Shown: positions 1 through 12,965, counted from the first letter of the whole stretch. The stretch: DNA of 63,824 nucleotides, filler included, from Phoronis australis (GCA_002633005.1; 13 parts of 13 records of this genome joined end to end with filler, not necessarily neighbours in it); one strand, 5' to 3'. Program-made: numbers and translations. The notes: generated by a model not told the origin, from the letters alone.

Positions 1-689
1 TCTACTTGGTCTGCGAGGTCCGACCGTGTAAGCCGACCAAGTTCACTTGGTCGGGTAGCCTACTTGGTCTGCGACAGGGGTAATGACAAAAACAAAAAAA
101 ATAAAAATCGCAAGTGCTATTTATTTTATAATAATAAAGAAACAAAAAAACAAAAGTGTAATATAAATATATATTAAATAGGAAATATAGTTTATTAGTC
201 ATTATTGGTATCGGAAAGTAAAAGTACCTTGTTATTAAATGTTTTGGGACATAGTTTCTGTTACTTATTTATTAAAACGTTTCCGCGCATGCGTGTTAGT
301 GTTTCTATGCCGAGCGAAAACGGAGACGTAACGTAAGTTTTTTTTGTTCTATCATTGTTTATTCCATGATAATGTTTTGCGCTTTACTATATTGCTTAGA
401 CGTTACTATAACGTTCCGACTAATTCCTTAGAGATACTACATTCTCGATAATTTGCTGCTTGCGATTTCTTTAACCAGTGACAATTGAACAATGGCAAAC
501 CGTTTGGCGTTGATTTCCCGCGTGGCGCGTGTGCTCCTTTCACTATGTTTCAGTTATCATCTTAGGCAATTACATCGCCCTGTATGACGCAGCCGTACAA
601 GGACGATAGTAAACCCCCATAAGAAGTTACTCATCTCAAAATAATCGAATAACATCGAATGAAGCATGCATACAAACACAGACAATACC

Positions 690-1263
690 CTCGCTGGTTC
701 CCTGCGTACCGCTAGGTGGGGCGGTAGCCTCGCCAGCACGCAGGTATTACTTAATTTTCCTTGGTAAATTTGTTTGCACCAGCGTTAATGATTGGCTAGT
801 CGAATTCTCAACAGGCAGCGCTTTACGCAAACAAGCTGGCATGACTGATGGACTGAAGTGTAAATGTGGTCTGATGTACAGACAAATCGGTGCTTAAAAT
901 TTATGTTCAGGAAGTGTGAAGCCTTTTCGGAATGCATCTTTCTACTGTCGATGACTTTTGTTTACGATAGTGTCCTGTATTCATACAGTAATGAATTATA
1001 CACTGGTTAAATCAGCCAGATATGTGTTTATTGTACATGTTTGTGCTTCAAGCACGCGGCTATTAAACATCACTGCAGAAACGAAATAGTTGCTGCGACG
1101 CCACTTGCATGACAAGGCTAATAATCGTTCACAGTCCACCATTTTTTCACAGTGTTGTAAAGCTAACCAATGACTGCCGAGGTTACATCGACCAATGCTA
1201 AAGCGTGTGTCACTGCGTGATACCTGCGTGCTGGCTGGGCTAAGCACGCAGGGAACCAGCGAG
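690..1263. mobile_element. Non-autonomous TIR element (MITE-like), superfamily unassigned
   Basis: Terminal inverted repeat CTCGCTGGTTCCCTGCGT (690) / ACGCAGGGAACCAGCGAG (ends 1263), with an inner inverted pair GCCAGCACGCAGGTAT / ATACCTGCGTGCTGGC. A diverged second copy is at 17794-18224. Confidence 0.7.
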
Positions 1264-1661
1264 AGGCTGTACCCTCTGACACATAGCGCCACCTATAGTG
1301 AAATGTGGCCTTGTGGAAATATGATGAACGATACACGGAATTCCTTGCGTGGGCAAGTCCCGGAAATTTTCAACAGCATGGAGTTATAATTAACACATAC
1401 CATGAATCACTATGTGGAGACAATTAAGTCAACATAATTTGAAATTTGTCCTGATTCGCTCGAGCTTCCTTCACCGCTCAGTCTTGCGCATGATATCAAT
1501 TGAAATTCTGTGGCAGTTCCAAGGCTAATTCAACCCCAGCCAGCTAGCTGTACAAAGATGAAGATTAACGTTTAACTAGGAACTGTTGTGTTACCATTGT
1601 GACCATGTTCAACTTGTTAGTGGTCTGTTATCGAAGAACTGATATTACATTTTCAGGGACC

Positions 1662-1858
1662 ATGTCTCGATACGGTGGTTCCAAAGTCTATGTGGGCAAT
1701 TTGTCTGGAGACGCATCAGAACATGAGTTAGACAGGATGTTTAGCAAGTACGGGAATGTGGAAAGCGTGTGGGTGGCGAGAAACCCGTCTGGGTTCGCTT
1801 TCATCCAGTTTGACGATCCGTATGACGCGGAGGAAGCAGTGAGAAAACTTGACGGAGA
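1662..1858 (+). CDS. SRSF3/7: First coding exon of an SR splicing factor, SRSF3/SRSF7 (RBP1-like), N-terminal RRM
   Basis: Acceptor ttttcag ends at 1656 and ATG is at 1662. Encodes [14 protein letters not shown]...[30 protein letters not shown] (RNP2 VYVGNL, RNP1 PSGFAFIQF). Phase-2 donor GA|gtaagt at 1858/1859. Confidence 0.9.
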
Positions 1859-3007
1859 GTAAGTGCTGGATAGCCTGCTGTGTGTAATTGTCCCTCACCG
1901 ACCATTAAGGAGACGCGGGATTTACATTTTACGTTGGTTCATCACATAATGTTAAGATATTTTTCATAATTTGTGTTTTATACTGAATTTGTCTGAAAGA
2001 AAATTTGTCTGCCCAAATTTTGTACAAGTTGATTTGGTGACCTTGATGTCGTTTTAGAGGTTATAGCCACAAAATGATATTGAATTTGGGAAAATGTTAT
2101 TCGCATGATGTAGATGCCCTAGTTTTCTGTTTTCAAAAACAGAAATCATAGCAAATGTAAAATACTGTTTTTCCCCGTTTGTAAATTCTTAAAATCTGAC
2201 CATTTCAGAAATATCTATGAATTGCATTAAAATCTTTCCTGCTCAATTATGCCACTGCTCCGTTTTACTGATAACTTGCTGCAGTCCGTGTTTATTGTTT
2301 TTTTAAAACTGGAAAGAGAACAGTGCCACCTTCAGAAAGAATGAGGAAATACTTGAACAAGTCCGCTGGAAAATGATCGTTGATGGATTTATGTGCAGTA
2401 TATATTGGATTTGATTTATTATCTTCTTAATTTTTGGTAATTAAAAACAAAAGATTAGAATTATGGTTACTGTATCCACTACTGAAATGTATGAATTCTG
2501 TTCCTAACCTCAGATTCCGTGAATGAAGTAGGATTCAGTGGAATCAGTTCATTTTCTGTTATCNACTTTGAACTTTGAACTTTTACCAATCTTATCAGTG
2601 AGTCACAGTAGTTAAAAGGGAAGGAACATTGATAACAAATTAACTAACTGTATCAGTAACATTAGGTGTACGTGAATGTTCCGCAGTTTTCTAAATTATT
2701 TCATTTTTGTGTTATGCAATTTTTGAGATTTTTTATGAAAACCACAAAAGTCCTGTTTTTGATAGCCGTTCATGCAAAACTGGAATGTTTTAAAACGAGG
2801 ACCTAACATTGTTTTGGAGAAGTGCATAAAGTATCTGAAAGTTCTCTGTGAAGCTGTTCAATCATTTCTCATAAACCATGTTGCGAAATTAGTCAAATTT
2901 TTCTTGTGTCCAACATCGCCTTGAAGCTGCATTTCGTCCTGTTCAGTTTGGTAAAAATGAAAATCAAATGGGGCATGATTAGGGGTTCATCCAGGATTTC
3001 AAAGATG

Positions 3008-3070
3008 AGCTGTCAAAAATGGGCTGTTAAACGTGGGCTGTCAAAAGTGGGCTGTCAGAAGTGGGCTATC
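3008..3070. repeat. Short tandem repeat, ~14-bp unit (GGGCTGTCAAAAGT), about 4-5 copies
   Basis: Directly visible degenerate repeats. Confidence 0.7.
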
Positions 3071-3297
3071 AAATCGGTTTTCTCAAATTCGTAGGGTGTC
3101 CATGACCAATTACTCTTTACTGTGTTGTGACCCGTACTCAGTTTGCTGTTAGTTGTGTTGTGATACTGTGGATTTGTGGTTCTATAATAAAGTTTATTGT
3201 ATCTTACATCATATCTTAAACTAACATTTTTATTCTGGACAGGCTATTGCTCCAAGAGCTACTGTTAGCACTGTGAAGTTAGGAGAGATGCTGATTC

Positions 3298-3563
3298 TTT
3301 TTATATGTGGACGCATTATGCCGTCATCTCCGTCCGTCCCGGCGGCGTCCGCTGCTCTATCTCCAAAACCCTTTGACATACGTTCATGAAATTTGGCACA
3401 TATGTTCCATTCATGAATGGGACGGCATGTGCGAACTTTCGGGCGGATCCGACTACCGGTGTGCCCCCTAGTGGCAATTTTAGTTTTTTACGCTTTGTAT
3501 CTTCAAAAGTCCTGAACGGATTTTCATGAAATTTGGTATGCAGGCACCTAGTAGTGAGATGAC
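3298..3563 (+). mobile_element. HINE/DINE-1-like element, 5' part, cut by the contig end
   Basis: Matches 12986-13262: GTGGACGCATTATGCCGTCATCTCCGTCC, (TCCG)n, and the first central repeat with GTGCCCCCTAGTGG at 3461. Confidence 0.8.
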
Positions 3564-3663
3564 NNNNNNNNNNNNNNNNNNNNNNNNNNNNNNNNNNNNN
3601 NNNNNNNTTAATTAATTAANNNNNNNNNNNNNNNNNNNNNNNNNNNNNNNNNNNNNNNNNNNN
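3564..3663. other. Artificial contig-joining spacer (44 N + TTAATTAATTAA + 44 N), first of 12
   Basis: Identical 100-nt spacers start at 3564, 6797, 10184, 15396, 17694, 23311, 37873, 40158, 52655, 55871, 61398 and 62702. The 12-mer puts a stop codon in all six frames. Confidence 0.97.
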
Positions 3664-6409
3664 AAAAAAATATTGATAGCATGTATAGTTTTTCATGGTA
3701 GTAAACATAAAGTTTTGGTTGAAAACACAGCACTGGAGTAGAAATACACAGTTGTAATATTTGTTTACTCTAAAATTAAAATGTTTTCATTTTCTATCTT
3801 GACATATGCTGGCTAAACTGTCTTGGCCAGTATGGGTGGTCCTGTCTGGCCGGCACAAGTCAGGTCTTAGTGGCCTGACCTACAAAAATGTGAGGCAAAA
3901 ATAGGAAAAAAGAACCTTAAATGAGAGCATCATTGTTCTCACAACGAGAAATTACTTTTTGGGTCTCTTTTACATTAACTTTTCATCAGGAAAAGTTGAA
4001 ATGCTTTAGTTTGGGAACCAAAAATTCGCCGCGATTCGAAGGAGCACCCCTAGCGGCAGTACCCGGAACTACGAAGTGAGTCAGAAATACGCCCGATTGA
4101 CAGAAATCGACGAAGGGCCCGTTTGCAACAAGTGTTTGAAATTGTTCATTGATGAACCCTTTAGTGCGTAATACGATTCATTATGTGCGCAAATTAGGAA
4201 ATGTACCAATTAATTCAGGTCAAAGTTGAAGGTCGCGGGAACCGGCAACTTTTTCAACTTTTAAGTCTACGAAAGTGAAAAATACTTACGTAATAACGTG
4301 CGCAAGGGTTTCTTCTACAAGTTCACGAAGTTTCACGCCAAAATTCGAGAGTTTAGTCTTCTCCTGAGTTGAAAACCAAATACCAGTTGTTTTTACCGGC
4401 GACCATTTTGCCTTGAAATGTCGGTCACGTCGCTGCAAAAAACTCGTGCAAAGTATTATTAAACGGATTTTGTGACGAAAAAAGACTAACATTTAAGTAA
4501 AATAACATCTTATTTCATACTTTGAAGTAATTTTTATTCATATTTATTGCATTTTTGAGTGATTTTTTGCCGATTGTAATGTGCAAATTTTACACGGTGA
4601 CAGATACGCGAAGCGATTTGGTGACGTATGTTGTCCTCGCTACCTCTATGCGCAAAAGGTATTTATTACAACGTGACTTTGATGGTTTAGTCGGTGCTTG
4701 GCATAATTCGCCGAAAAGCTTCCGGCGTACAGAGCGCCTATAGCCTCTGCATCGGGCCAACAGAGGCGATGGTCATTGAGTCTGACATTGCCTTGTTTAA
4801 CTTTAATCAGTGAGAGGCATAATTCTGTTGAGCGCTGAATGTGCACGATATTCGATGATTACCTGGTTCTTAAAATCAGGGACCCTTATATTCTACCATT
4901 TTCACTTTAAGTTTTTGAACCAACGGCTTCACTAATTTCAGCCTCGACAAACCTGAGGTAAAAGAGGGTCGATTGGATTGCAAGTCGGATCAACTTCAGA
5001 CGCCATGTTTGTTTCCTTGTATTTGTACTGACGCTACGAATGTGTTTTTAAACGCAACATTTTGCTTTATAGGTATTTAATATAATGAAAAAGCTTTATA
5101 AATATAAAAAAGCTATTTCTGTATATATTAAGCATAGAAAAACATCTATTTATTACCAAATTTATTTTATGGAAATGTAAGCAAAATGCAAGTTTCTGGT
5201 ACCCGAGGTAATCTACCTCGGAGCACCTGTAAGAACGACCTCTTGCGGACTGAAATGTATAATGAATAAGATTTTCTGTAATTTTGTGAATGGAGAGAAG
5301 AGCGTAAGCAATATCTATTATAGAAAGTTCCTACTCAGTTTTTCTTGCATCCATGTCGGACAACATTGAGAGCAGCCTACGAAAATATATATTTTAGACC
5401 TTAATTATTCCCACGATGTCGCCACTTTTACCTTTTAACTTTTAAAGCATTCCACTTTCAGCTGGCGCCTTCTTCGCCATCTGGTCGCGACCAACCTTTG
5501 GTGGTCTACTGAACATGAAAAGCGCAATCATATGCGACTCCAGAAAGACAATTATCGATCTTACTTCAGAAAAGAGATTACTGTTACATGGGCTCACCGG
5601 GATAGACTTCTTGCGTTTTGCTACTAATTACAAAATCACCAATTTTCACCGTTGTCTACTGGCGGCTGGGCTTCAATAGTCCTATTTTTCTTTTTCCTGA
5701 TCTTTCTTGCTGTTGTCCCGACCCAAGTTTTCTTCAGTCATCTTTATCCCTTTCATATCTATTATTCTTCATCTCCTCCTGGAGTACGTCTTCTTCTTCA
5801 ACTACTTCTTGTTATTCTTCTTCTCCTATTTTGTTGAATTGGCACGGGCCGATCGAGGAAATCTCAGTTATGGGGGGACACAATTTCCTAAGGAAAAGTT
5901 CTAAAACGGTTTACCGGCTGTGTTTATTTTTTCTTCTGTTTCTTATTTTTGATTTTTAGGTCGTGTAGAAAGGTGTGTCTAGCCCCCGGCCTCCTAAATT
6001 AAACTATTGCACAAATAAATATTTTGAGAGAGAAAGATAATAGATACGTTTATTAACTTATATAAAAATTAGTGAAATACAATAAAAAAAACAGTAGGAG
6101 AACTTCAAAAATACTGTTGGAGATCTTCAAAGGCAAAAACCGGTTTCTTGAGAGCCACCGTGTAACACAAAAGAATACCACATACATGTAACATAAGTAA
6201 GAAAATAAACGAAAGGGTGCTACATATATTTACCCAATACAGAATACAGCATGGTTTAATAAGCAAATCTTAATGTGCAAAGGGTTACTACATTTGTATT
6301 TATGTTTGCGTGTGCCTAGTAGTGCATAAATGAGTAGTGTTTCTGTGTAACAATGCAATTTGTATATGGTTATTCACGATGGACATAGGTGCAGGAAAAG
6401 CAGATTGAT

Positions 6410-6653
6410 TCATTGCATAACATTAAGCGAAGGTTTTTCATGACTGATCAATGCAGACTCCAAAATCTTTAACCGATGTGTGTCATCTTCATCGTAGCGA
6501 ATGGCGGTATTGCCTACTATTTCTTTCCTAGTAGAGATTTTTCGGCCATGCTGACGCAGAAATGATTCATGAATGGACCATGCATTTCCAGGGCAGGTCC
6601 ATTCAAAGTTATTTTGACAAACATGGCAGAAAAATGTCTAGGAAAGAAATAGT
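6410..6653 (-). mobile_element. Penelope-like element fragment (GIY-YIG endonuclease C-terminus) with an inverted partial duplicate
   Basis: The minus strand at 6580-6410 reads SIHESFLRQHGRKISTRKEIVGNTAIRYDEDDTHRLKILESALISHEKPSLNVMQ*; the RLxILE..I...KPSLN end is typical of PLE endonucleases. The plus strand at 6596-6653 encodes a related SIQSYFDKHGRKMSRKEIV. Confidence 0.65.
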
Positions 6654-6896
6654 TGTGCTGAATGAGCAAGTCACAGGTGTGAATCGCACGTGCTATGTTC
6701 CATTAGACTTGCGGGCTCCAAAAAATGCCCCTCTTCCCGCTGTCACCGTTGATTTTGTTGTATTTGCTTCATTAAGCAGCCAACAAAAACACCGTGNNNN
6801 NNNNNNNNNNNNNNNNNNNNNNNNNNNNNNNNNNNNNNNNTTAATTAATTAANNNNNNNNNNNNNNNNNNNNNNNNNNNNNNNNNNNNNNNNNNNN

Positions 6897-9800
6897 ATAC
6901 TCGACGATGCCAGCACGAAGACGTACATCAACAGTGACGTGGCTTCCCAGCTGGGCCTGCATGGCGAAGTACATGTACGCAGCGTTACAGTCAACATGCT
7001 GAGCGGACAAGAGAGCAGTTTTCAAACGCTGCCAGTGGAGTTTCAACTCAAAAGCCTAGACGGACGGACCGACACAACAGTTTCGGCGTTCACCGTGAAA
7101 AGAGTGACTGGAGACTTATGTCCTGTCGACTGGAAGTCGCAATCTGCCAAGTGGAAACATCTGCAAGGACTCCCATTTCCAAGTCTCAGCCTTCGACCTT
7201 TCGTCGACTTGCTCATCGGAATAGATCATGCAGAACTACACTAATCACTCAAAGATGTACGAGGAAACCCGGAGAGCCGATTGCCAGATTGACGCCTTTA
7301 GGGTGGACGTGCATTGGGGGAGCACGTGAAAATGAGAAGCACTCCGCCAATTTCAACGTCACCTTCTTCGCAGAGCAAGCAGAACATGAGCTAAACACTA
7401 CACTACAGAAGTTCAGGGACATCGAAGCATCCGGAACCGTAAGGCGTCCGACGAGTCATACCGAAGAGGAGAAGAGCGCAGTCGCACAAGTAGAAGAGTC
7501 GGTGAACTTCAAGGATGGTCATTATGAAGTATCGATGCCATGGAAGAACAGACAAGAGTTACCTGATAATTACAACACAGCTCTAAAAAGGTTAGAGAAC
7601 ACCGAAAAACGGCTGAAGAGAGATCCTAGCGTAGGAAGTACCTATTCGAAAACTATAGAAGACTACATGAAGAAAGGGTACGTCTCAAAGATAGAGTCAT
7701 CTACTTCCATCGTAGGAAAAGCTAGAGGAGGCGTTTGGTATCTGCCACATTTCCCGATCGTGCGTCCAGACAAGACTACGACTAAAGTTCGCATCGTATT
7801 TGACGCATCAGCGAAGCATGAAGGCGTATGCTTGAACGACATGATACACAAGGGGCCAAAGTTGCAGCGAGACTTGTTCGATGTGCTGATTCGATTTCGG
7901 CGGTTTCCAGTTGCTCTCGTCTGTGACATAGCAGAGATGTATCTACGCATCGGAATAATCCCTACCGATAGATCGTACCACAGATTCCTGTGGAGAGATA
8001 TTGACCAATCGAAGCCACCAAGCGAATACCAGTTCAACAGACTAGTATTCGGGGTCAACTCCTGCCCATTCCAAGCTCAATTTGTGTCACGAAAGCATGC
8101 AGAAGACAACAAGAGTCGTTTTCCGCAAGCCGCGGAGTCAGTCTTAGAGTCGACCTACATGGACGATAGCATGGACTCTACCTGCACTGTCACAGAATGC
8201 ATAGAGCTGTATCGTCAACTATCACAGTTATGGGGATCTGCAGGGATGCATGCCAGAAAATGGCTGTCTAACTCCGAAGAAGTCCTCAGAGAGATTCCTC
8301 CGGAAGATAGAGCTACAGAAGTAGATTTGGACGAGGGAACCTTGCCGTCTATAAAGACATTAGGCGTGACTTGGGTTGCTAATGAAGACGTCTTCACGTT
8401 TAAGGCGAACGCTCCTGATGACCAAAAGCCGTTGACAAAGCGCAGCTTTCTTGCCAAGACAGCGTCCTTATTCGACCCGATGGGATTCTTAGCGCCATTT
8501 GTCATCAGAGCTAAGATACTACTGCAGGAACTTTGGACGTCAGGCATAGACTGGGACGATGAGCTGGAGCACGATTATGCTGTAAAGGCGAAAAAGTGGT
8601 TTGAAGAATTGCACCAATTGTCTGACCTTAAGATATTTCGGTGCCTTCAGCTCAACCTCGAGGTCCTGTCGAGCTCGCTGCATGTGTTCGTGGATGCCTC
8701 TGGAGACGCCTATGGAGCGGCTGTTTATGCCAGATATGAATACACCAACGGTAAGGTGTCGACACGACTAGTAGCAAGCAAGACCAGAGTAGCTCCTTTG
8801 ACGCCACAGAGCATTCCGAGGTTGGAACTGATGGGAGCAGTTACAGGCTTGAGGCTAGGACTATCAGTTGCCGATGTATTGAAGATTGACAGAAATGTCT
8901 TGGTGTTTTGGTCAGACAGTATGAACGTCCTTTGGTGGATACGCGGCAGGGGTCGAGCCTTCAAGCCTTTTATAGCCAACCGAGTGGGAGAGATTCAAAC
9001 CTCCAGTCAGCCAAACCAGTGGCGTCATGTACCCACTTCGAAGAATCCAGCAGATCTACCAACAAGAGGAATGTCCGTTGAAGCTCTCAGGGAAAGTAAG
9101 CTGTGGTGGAACGGTCCTGATTTCTTGGAGCTGCGAAAGTCGGAGTGGCCTGAGACAAAGATTTCACCAAGCCCTGAGGCAGTCATAGAAACTAGAAAGA
9201 GAGCTATGTCGAGTGTCCTTGCAGCCAATGACTTGAAGGGCGACCAAGTCATGGTATCGGTCGTCGAAGACAGAACTTGGAGACTCCAGCCTGAGAAGTT
9301 TTCTAGTTGGCTAAGACTAGTGCGAGTTCGGGCATGGGTTCGTCGTTTTCTGAACAACTCTCAGGTGCCAGCACAACTGAGATGTCACGGAGAATTGAAG
9401 ACTCAAGAAATTTTAGAAGCAGAACTTGGAATCATAGCTGAAGCGCAAAAGGGTCATTCCCTGACGAGTATAGAGCTTTGACTGTTAAGAAGCCCATTTC
9501 GTCGAATAGCAAACTCCTAAGCCTGAAGCNGAACAACTGTCAGGTGCCAGCACAACTGAGATGTCACGGAGAGTTGAAGACTCAAGAAATTTTAGAAGCA
9601 GAACTTAGAATCATAGCTGAAGCGCAACAAGTGTCATTCCCTGACGAGTATAGAGCTTTGACTGTTAAGAAGCCAATTTCGTCGAAAAGCAAACTCCTAA
9701 GCCTGAAGCCGATGTTGGATGATGATGGTGTACTGCGATCGGACGGTCGATTGGTGCATGCTGACTACTTACCCTATGACGCGAGATTCCCAATCATACT

Positions 9801-10183
9801 GCCCAGGAAGGACTGGGCGACTAAGCTTATTGTCAAGACTCATCACGAGAAGGGCAGGAACTAACCAGACTTTGGCATCATGGTCGCATCGCTTCTGGAT
9901 ATTGCAAGCCAGAGAAGAGATTCGTGAATGGGAAAGAGAGTGCTATGGATGTCGAAGACACAAGGCTGGGCGGGCCTCTCAGGTCATGGCACCGCTTCCG
10001 AAGATTCGACTAATGCTAACGCTGCGAGCCTTCGCGAGAGTCGCAGTTGATTATGCAGGACCCTTCGTTACCAAGCAAGGAAGAGGCATGCGAAGAACCA
10101 AACGTTGCTGTCTAGAGCCGTCCATTTGGAGATGTCCTACAGTTTGGACACTGACTCGTTCTTGAACGCGTTCTTTCGCATGG
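6897..10183 (+). mobile_element. BEL/Pao LTR retrotransposon internal region (protease, RT, RNase H, start of integrase), disrupted; LTRs not in this contig
   Basis: Protease ILDDASTKTYIN at 6897. RT motifs YLPHFPIVRPDKTTTKVRIVFDAS, DIAEMY, YMDD. Pao RNase H motifs LHVFVDAS, PRLEL, WSDS, NPAD. Integrase Cxx[15 protein letters not shown]. Stop at 7242-7244 and frameshifts or deletions near 7260, 9450, 9855 and 10105. Confidence 0.95.
7265..9481 (+). pseudogene. Longest open stretch of BEL/Pao pol (RT + RNase H)
   Basis: Part of ORF 7118..9481. Homology begins at KPGEPIARLTPLGW; the ORF's annotated N-terminus is out-of-frame sequence. Confidence 0.9.
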
Positions 10184-12576
10184 NNNNNNNNNNNNNNNNN
10201 NNNNNNNNNNNNNNNNNNNNNNNNNNNTTAATTAATTAANNNNNNNNNNNNNNNNNNNNNNNNNNNNNNNNNNNNNNNNNNNNCTACTTGTATAGCCTGA
10301 GTTGAACCCTGCGCTGGTGTCACAGTATAAAATCAACTCAGAGCACCCCGCACTAAAGCGCCACTAAGTCATTAGGGGTTACATCTGTCACAAGCATGCT
10401 GGTGGCAGGCGTTTCTGTTGAGTAAAGATGGGTTTTGAAACAGATATAGTAAATCTTCTGATAAGGCCCATTCATACTGACTTAACTCGGGTATGAGAGG
10501 AGCATGGATGTAAACTGCTAAGTTAATTGAATGGTTTGTACTAGCTTCGGTAGAAATTGATAGGTGATGCAGTCATCGTTGAAGTAAATGCAATAGCAGT
10601 GGCCCCTGCTGATAACTACGAGGAGACTGGAGTTAAAGATGCATAGTCTCATTAAATTGTGATTATGCAAATGAAGTACTATTTACTAACAACCCCGTAA
10701 CCTTCAGAGTGCCGGAAACCATCCGAGAACCAGTTACCATTACAGTCTTGTTTTGTGATATTTTTATGTAAATGAGTATGGTATTCTATTCATTGTTACC
10801 CTAATAAAATAAGGCACAGTTTTTATTTTTTGGTTATTTCAATATCAAATAATTGTGTAATATTTGGAATTTCTTTTTTTGTATATGTTCACACTTGTTC
10901 TTAAGTATATCAGTTGTGTTTTCTTTAGAACCGCAACTTATTTAAAAATTGTTTCTTTTCCGGATTATACTTGTACACACAGCTCTCCGGGAAATTACTT
11001 GGTGGTTCTTGCTACAAATGAAAATATTCAGGTTTGAATAAGACATAACATCTTTAACTGGTCATTAGTGACTGCAACTCACCAAACACTGACATGTCAA
11101 TGTTACAACAAAAGGGCCTGTGGAGATACCAAGTTTTCCTTAGAGATCTTGATGGAGTTCATTAGATTATTGCAAGAGATAAGATCTCTATTGATAGCTG
11201 TGAAGACCAGAGAAAAAATCCCGTGCTGTTCTTTTACGGCCGTCGTGCTTAATGGAACTTGAAATCTGAATCCTGAGCAACGAAAAAATGTGCAATTAAT
11301 GCTATGAAATTGATTCCTGTTTTATTGGGGCCTACCAAGATAGGTTTCGGTTGGATCTTGAAAATAATGAAAATGACTTAGAACTCAGAAGTGATTACGG
11401 TATTTACAATGTTTAGTGAGATGTCCATGCATGGGGTCTCATTCGAGGCATGTTTTGGGCTAAAGTTGTCCGTTCTCCCTACTCCTCCACCCTGTTTCAT
11501 CAAGATGTCATAAGGACATTATAATTGTTTTTATGGCTGAAAAGCGTAATTTTGGGATTATTCTTGAAGTTAGTGGCTTAAACCAAAGATGTAAAACAAC
11601 AAAATCCATTTTTGTGATTTATTACAAATCAGCAATTCTCGACACACGTTTGCTGAAGTCAAGGCAGGTGTCTTTACCATCTAGATATGCTTAAAATACT
11701 CTGCTATTCAATGCATGAGATTTGGCTCAGGGGCAGATTGTTGGGCTGCTATTGCGGAGTGACTGGGTTTGATTATGCACTATTGTTGATTTCTGTGATA
11801 TTACCTTTCTTGCTAAGAATGACTGCCCCAGACGTTTTGGGAACAAGAGTCTGTATCCCTATTGTGAGATGGATGACAAAGCACATGGGTTGACATAAAT
11901 AAGTTAAAAACCACATACAGTGATAAGATCAAAAGGTTAAGAAAAATTCAGACTGAATCAAGTGTGTGATGACTGAGCTAGCTGTAGAAGGAATAAATGA
12001 GCCTACTTGAGATTAGAAAATTAAAACTTGGTGTTTGGTGTCATTAGAGGCATAATTTGTCATTACCTAGATTTTATCTTTGGCTGACGTAAATACCAAC
12101 CAGATTTCTTGTAAGGATACATTAGCGATGACAAGTCATCGATAAATTTTTATGTTAGCACTCCTTTTGATATAATAAAGATATTTTACTGCAGTAAGCA
12201 CACTTTCGTCCCTTGCCAAAATGCAAAATGGACTCAGTTCTTGTTTCTGAATTAGTCTTCCTTGGAGGCTTTTTGTTGGTGGGGCTCAGTCCTCAGTTGC
12301 TGTGTAAATTTCGGTGTATTTGCTGCTCGTACTACCATAATTATCAGTGTTAAAGACCGTGTTAACTTGTACCTTGATACTGTTGTCAGAGTTGGGTGGA
12401 TATTCTCAGCTGTTCAGGGGTCGTTGTCCCGTCTGGGCGAACTTGTGCAGGGGCGAATAACCTACCGGTGTGTACTGGTTTTGTTAAAACTTTTTTTATT
12501 GATTGAACCTTAATGTTCAAATGTGGATTACATAGGTAGTTTGTGCATCTCCTGTTGACCTTGTTTTTTGTTTCAG

Positions 12577-12894
12577 GCGTGTTGGAAAATACGGGGAGCG
12601 TGGGACTTGCCTTGATAGTATGGTTCGCCTGTGGGATTTTCTCCATGATCGGAGCCTACTGCTACGCCGAGCTAGGCACCATGATCCGCAAGTCAGGCGC
12701 CGACTATGCGTACATCTTCGAAGCGTTTGGGCCATTCCTAGCCTTCCTCCGCCTGTGGGTCGAATGTATGATCATCAAGCCTTGCCTGGCGGCCATTGTG
12801 GCTCTCACATTTGGCTACTACATCATTGATCCCATATTTCCGACTTGTGACCAGCCTCAGAACGCCATTCGACTGTTGGCAGCATTTTGCATCT
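12577..12894 (+). CDS. Internal exon of an SLC7 L-type amino acid transporter light chain (LAT1/LAT2/y+LAT-like)
   Basis: Acceptor ttttttgtttcag, donor T|gtgagt, 318 nt, phase 1-1. Encodes GVLENTGSVGLALIVW...GAYCYAELGTMIRKSGADYAYIFEAFGPFLAFLRLW...RLLAAFCI. Confidence 0.93.
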
Positions 12895-12965
12895 GTGAGT
12901 ATGAATTCAGACATATTTGGTAAAAATTCTTCAATTTGAGACAAAAATGTTCACTCAAGTAGCCA

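Noticed and set aside
5618-5959. Three overlapping hydrophobic or Ser-rich ORFs
   Set aside because: Low-complexity pyrimidine-rich strand; the opposite strand has stops in the frames I read and no recognisable domain.
7663-9357. Four antisense ORFs of 84-131 aa
   Set aside because: They are shadow ORFs opposite the Pao pol frame with no independent motifs.
9352-9709. 179-bp tandem duplication inside Pao pol
   Set aside because: The copies meet at a single n (9530) and differ by a few substitutions, as expected for an unmerged contig or haplotype overlap. The same pattern occurs at 38378-38596 around the n at 38522.
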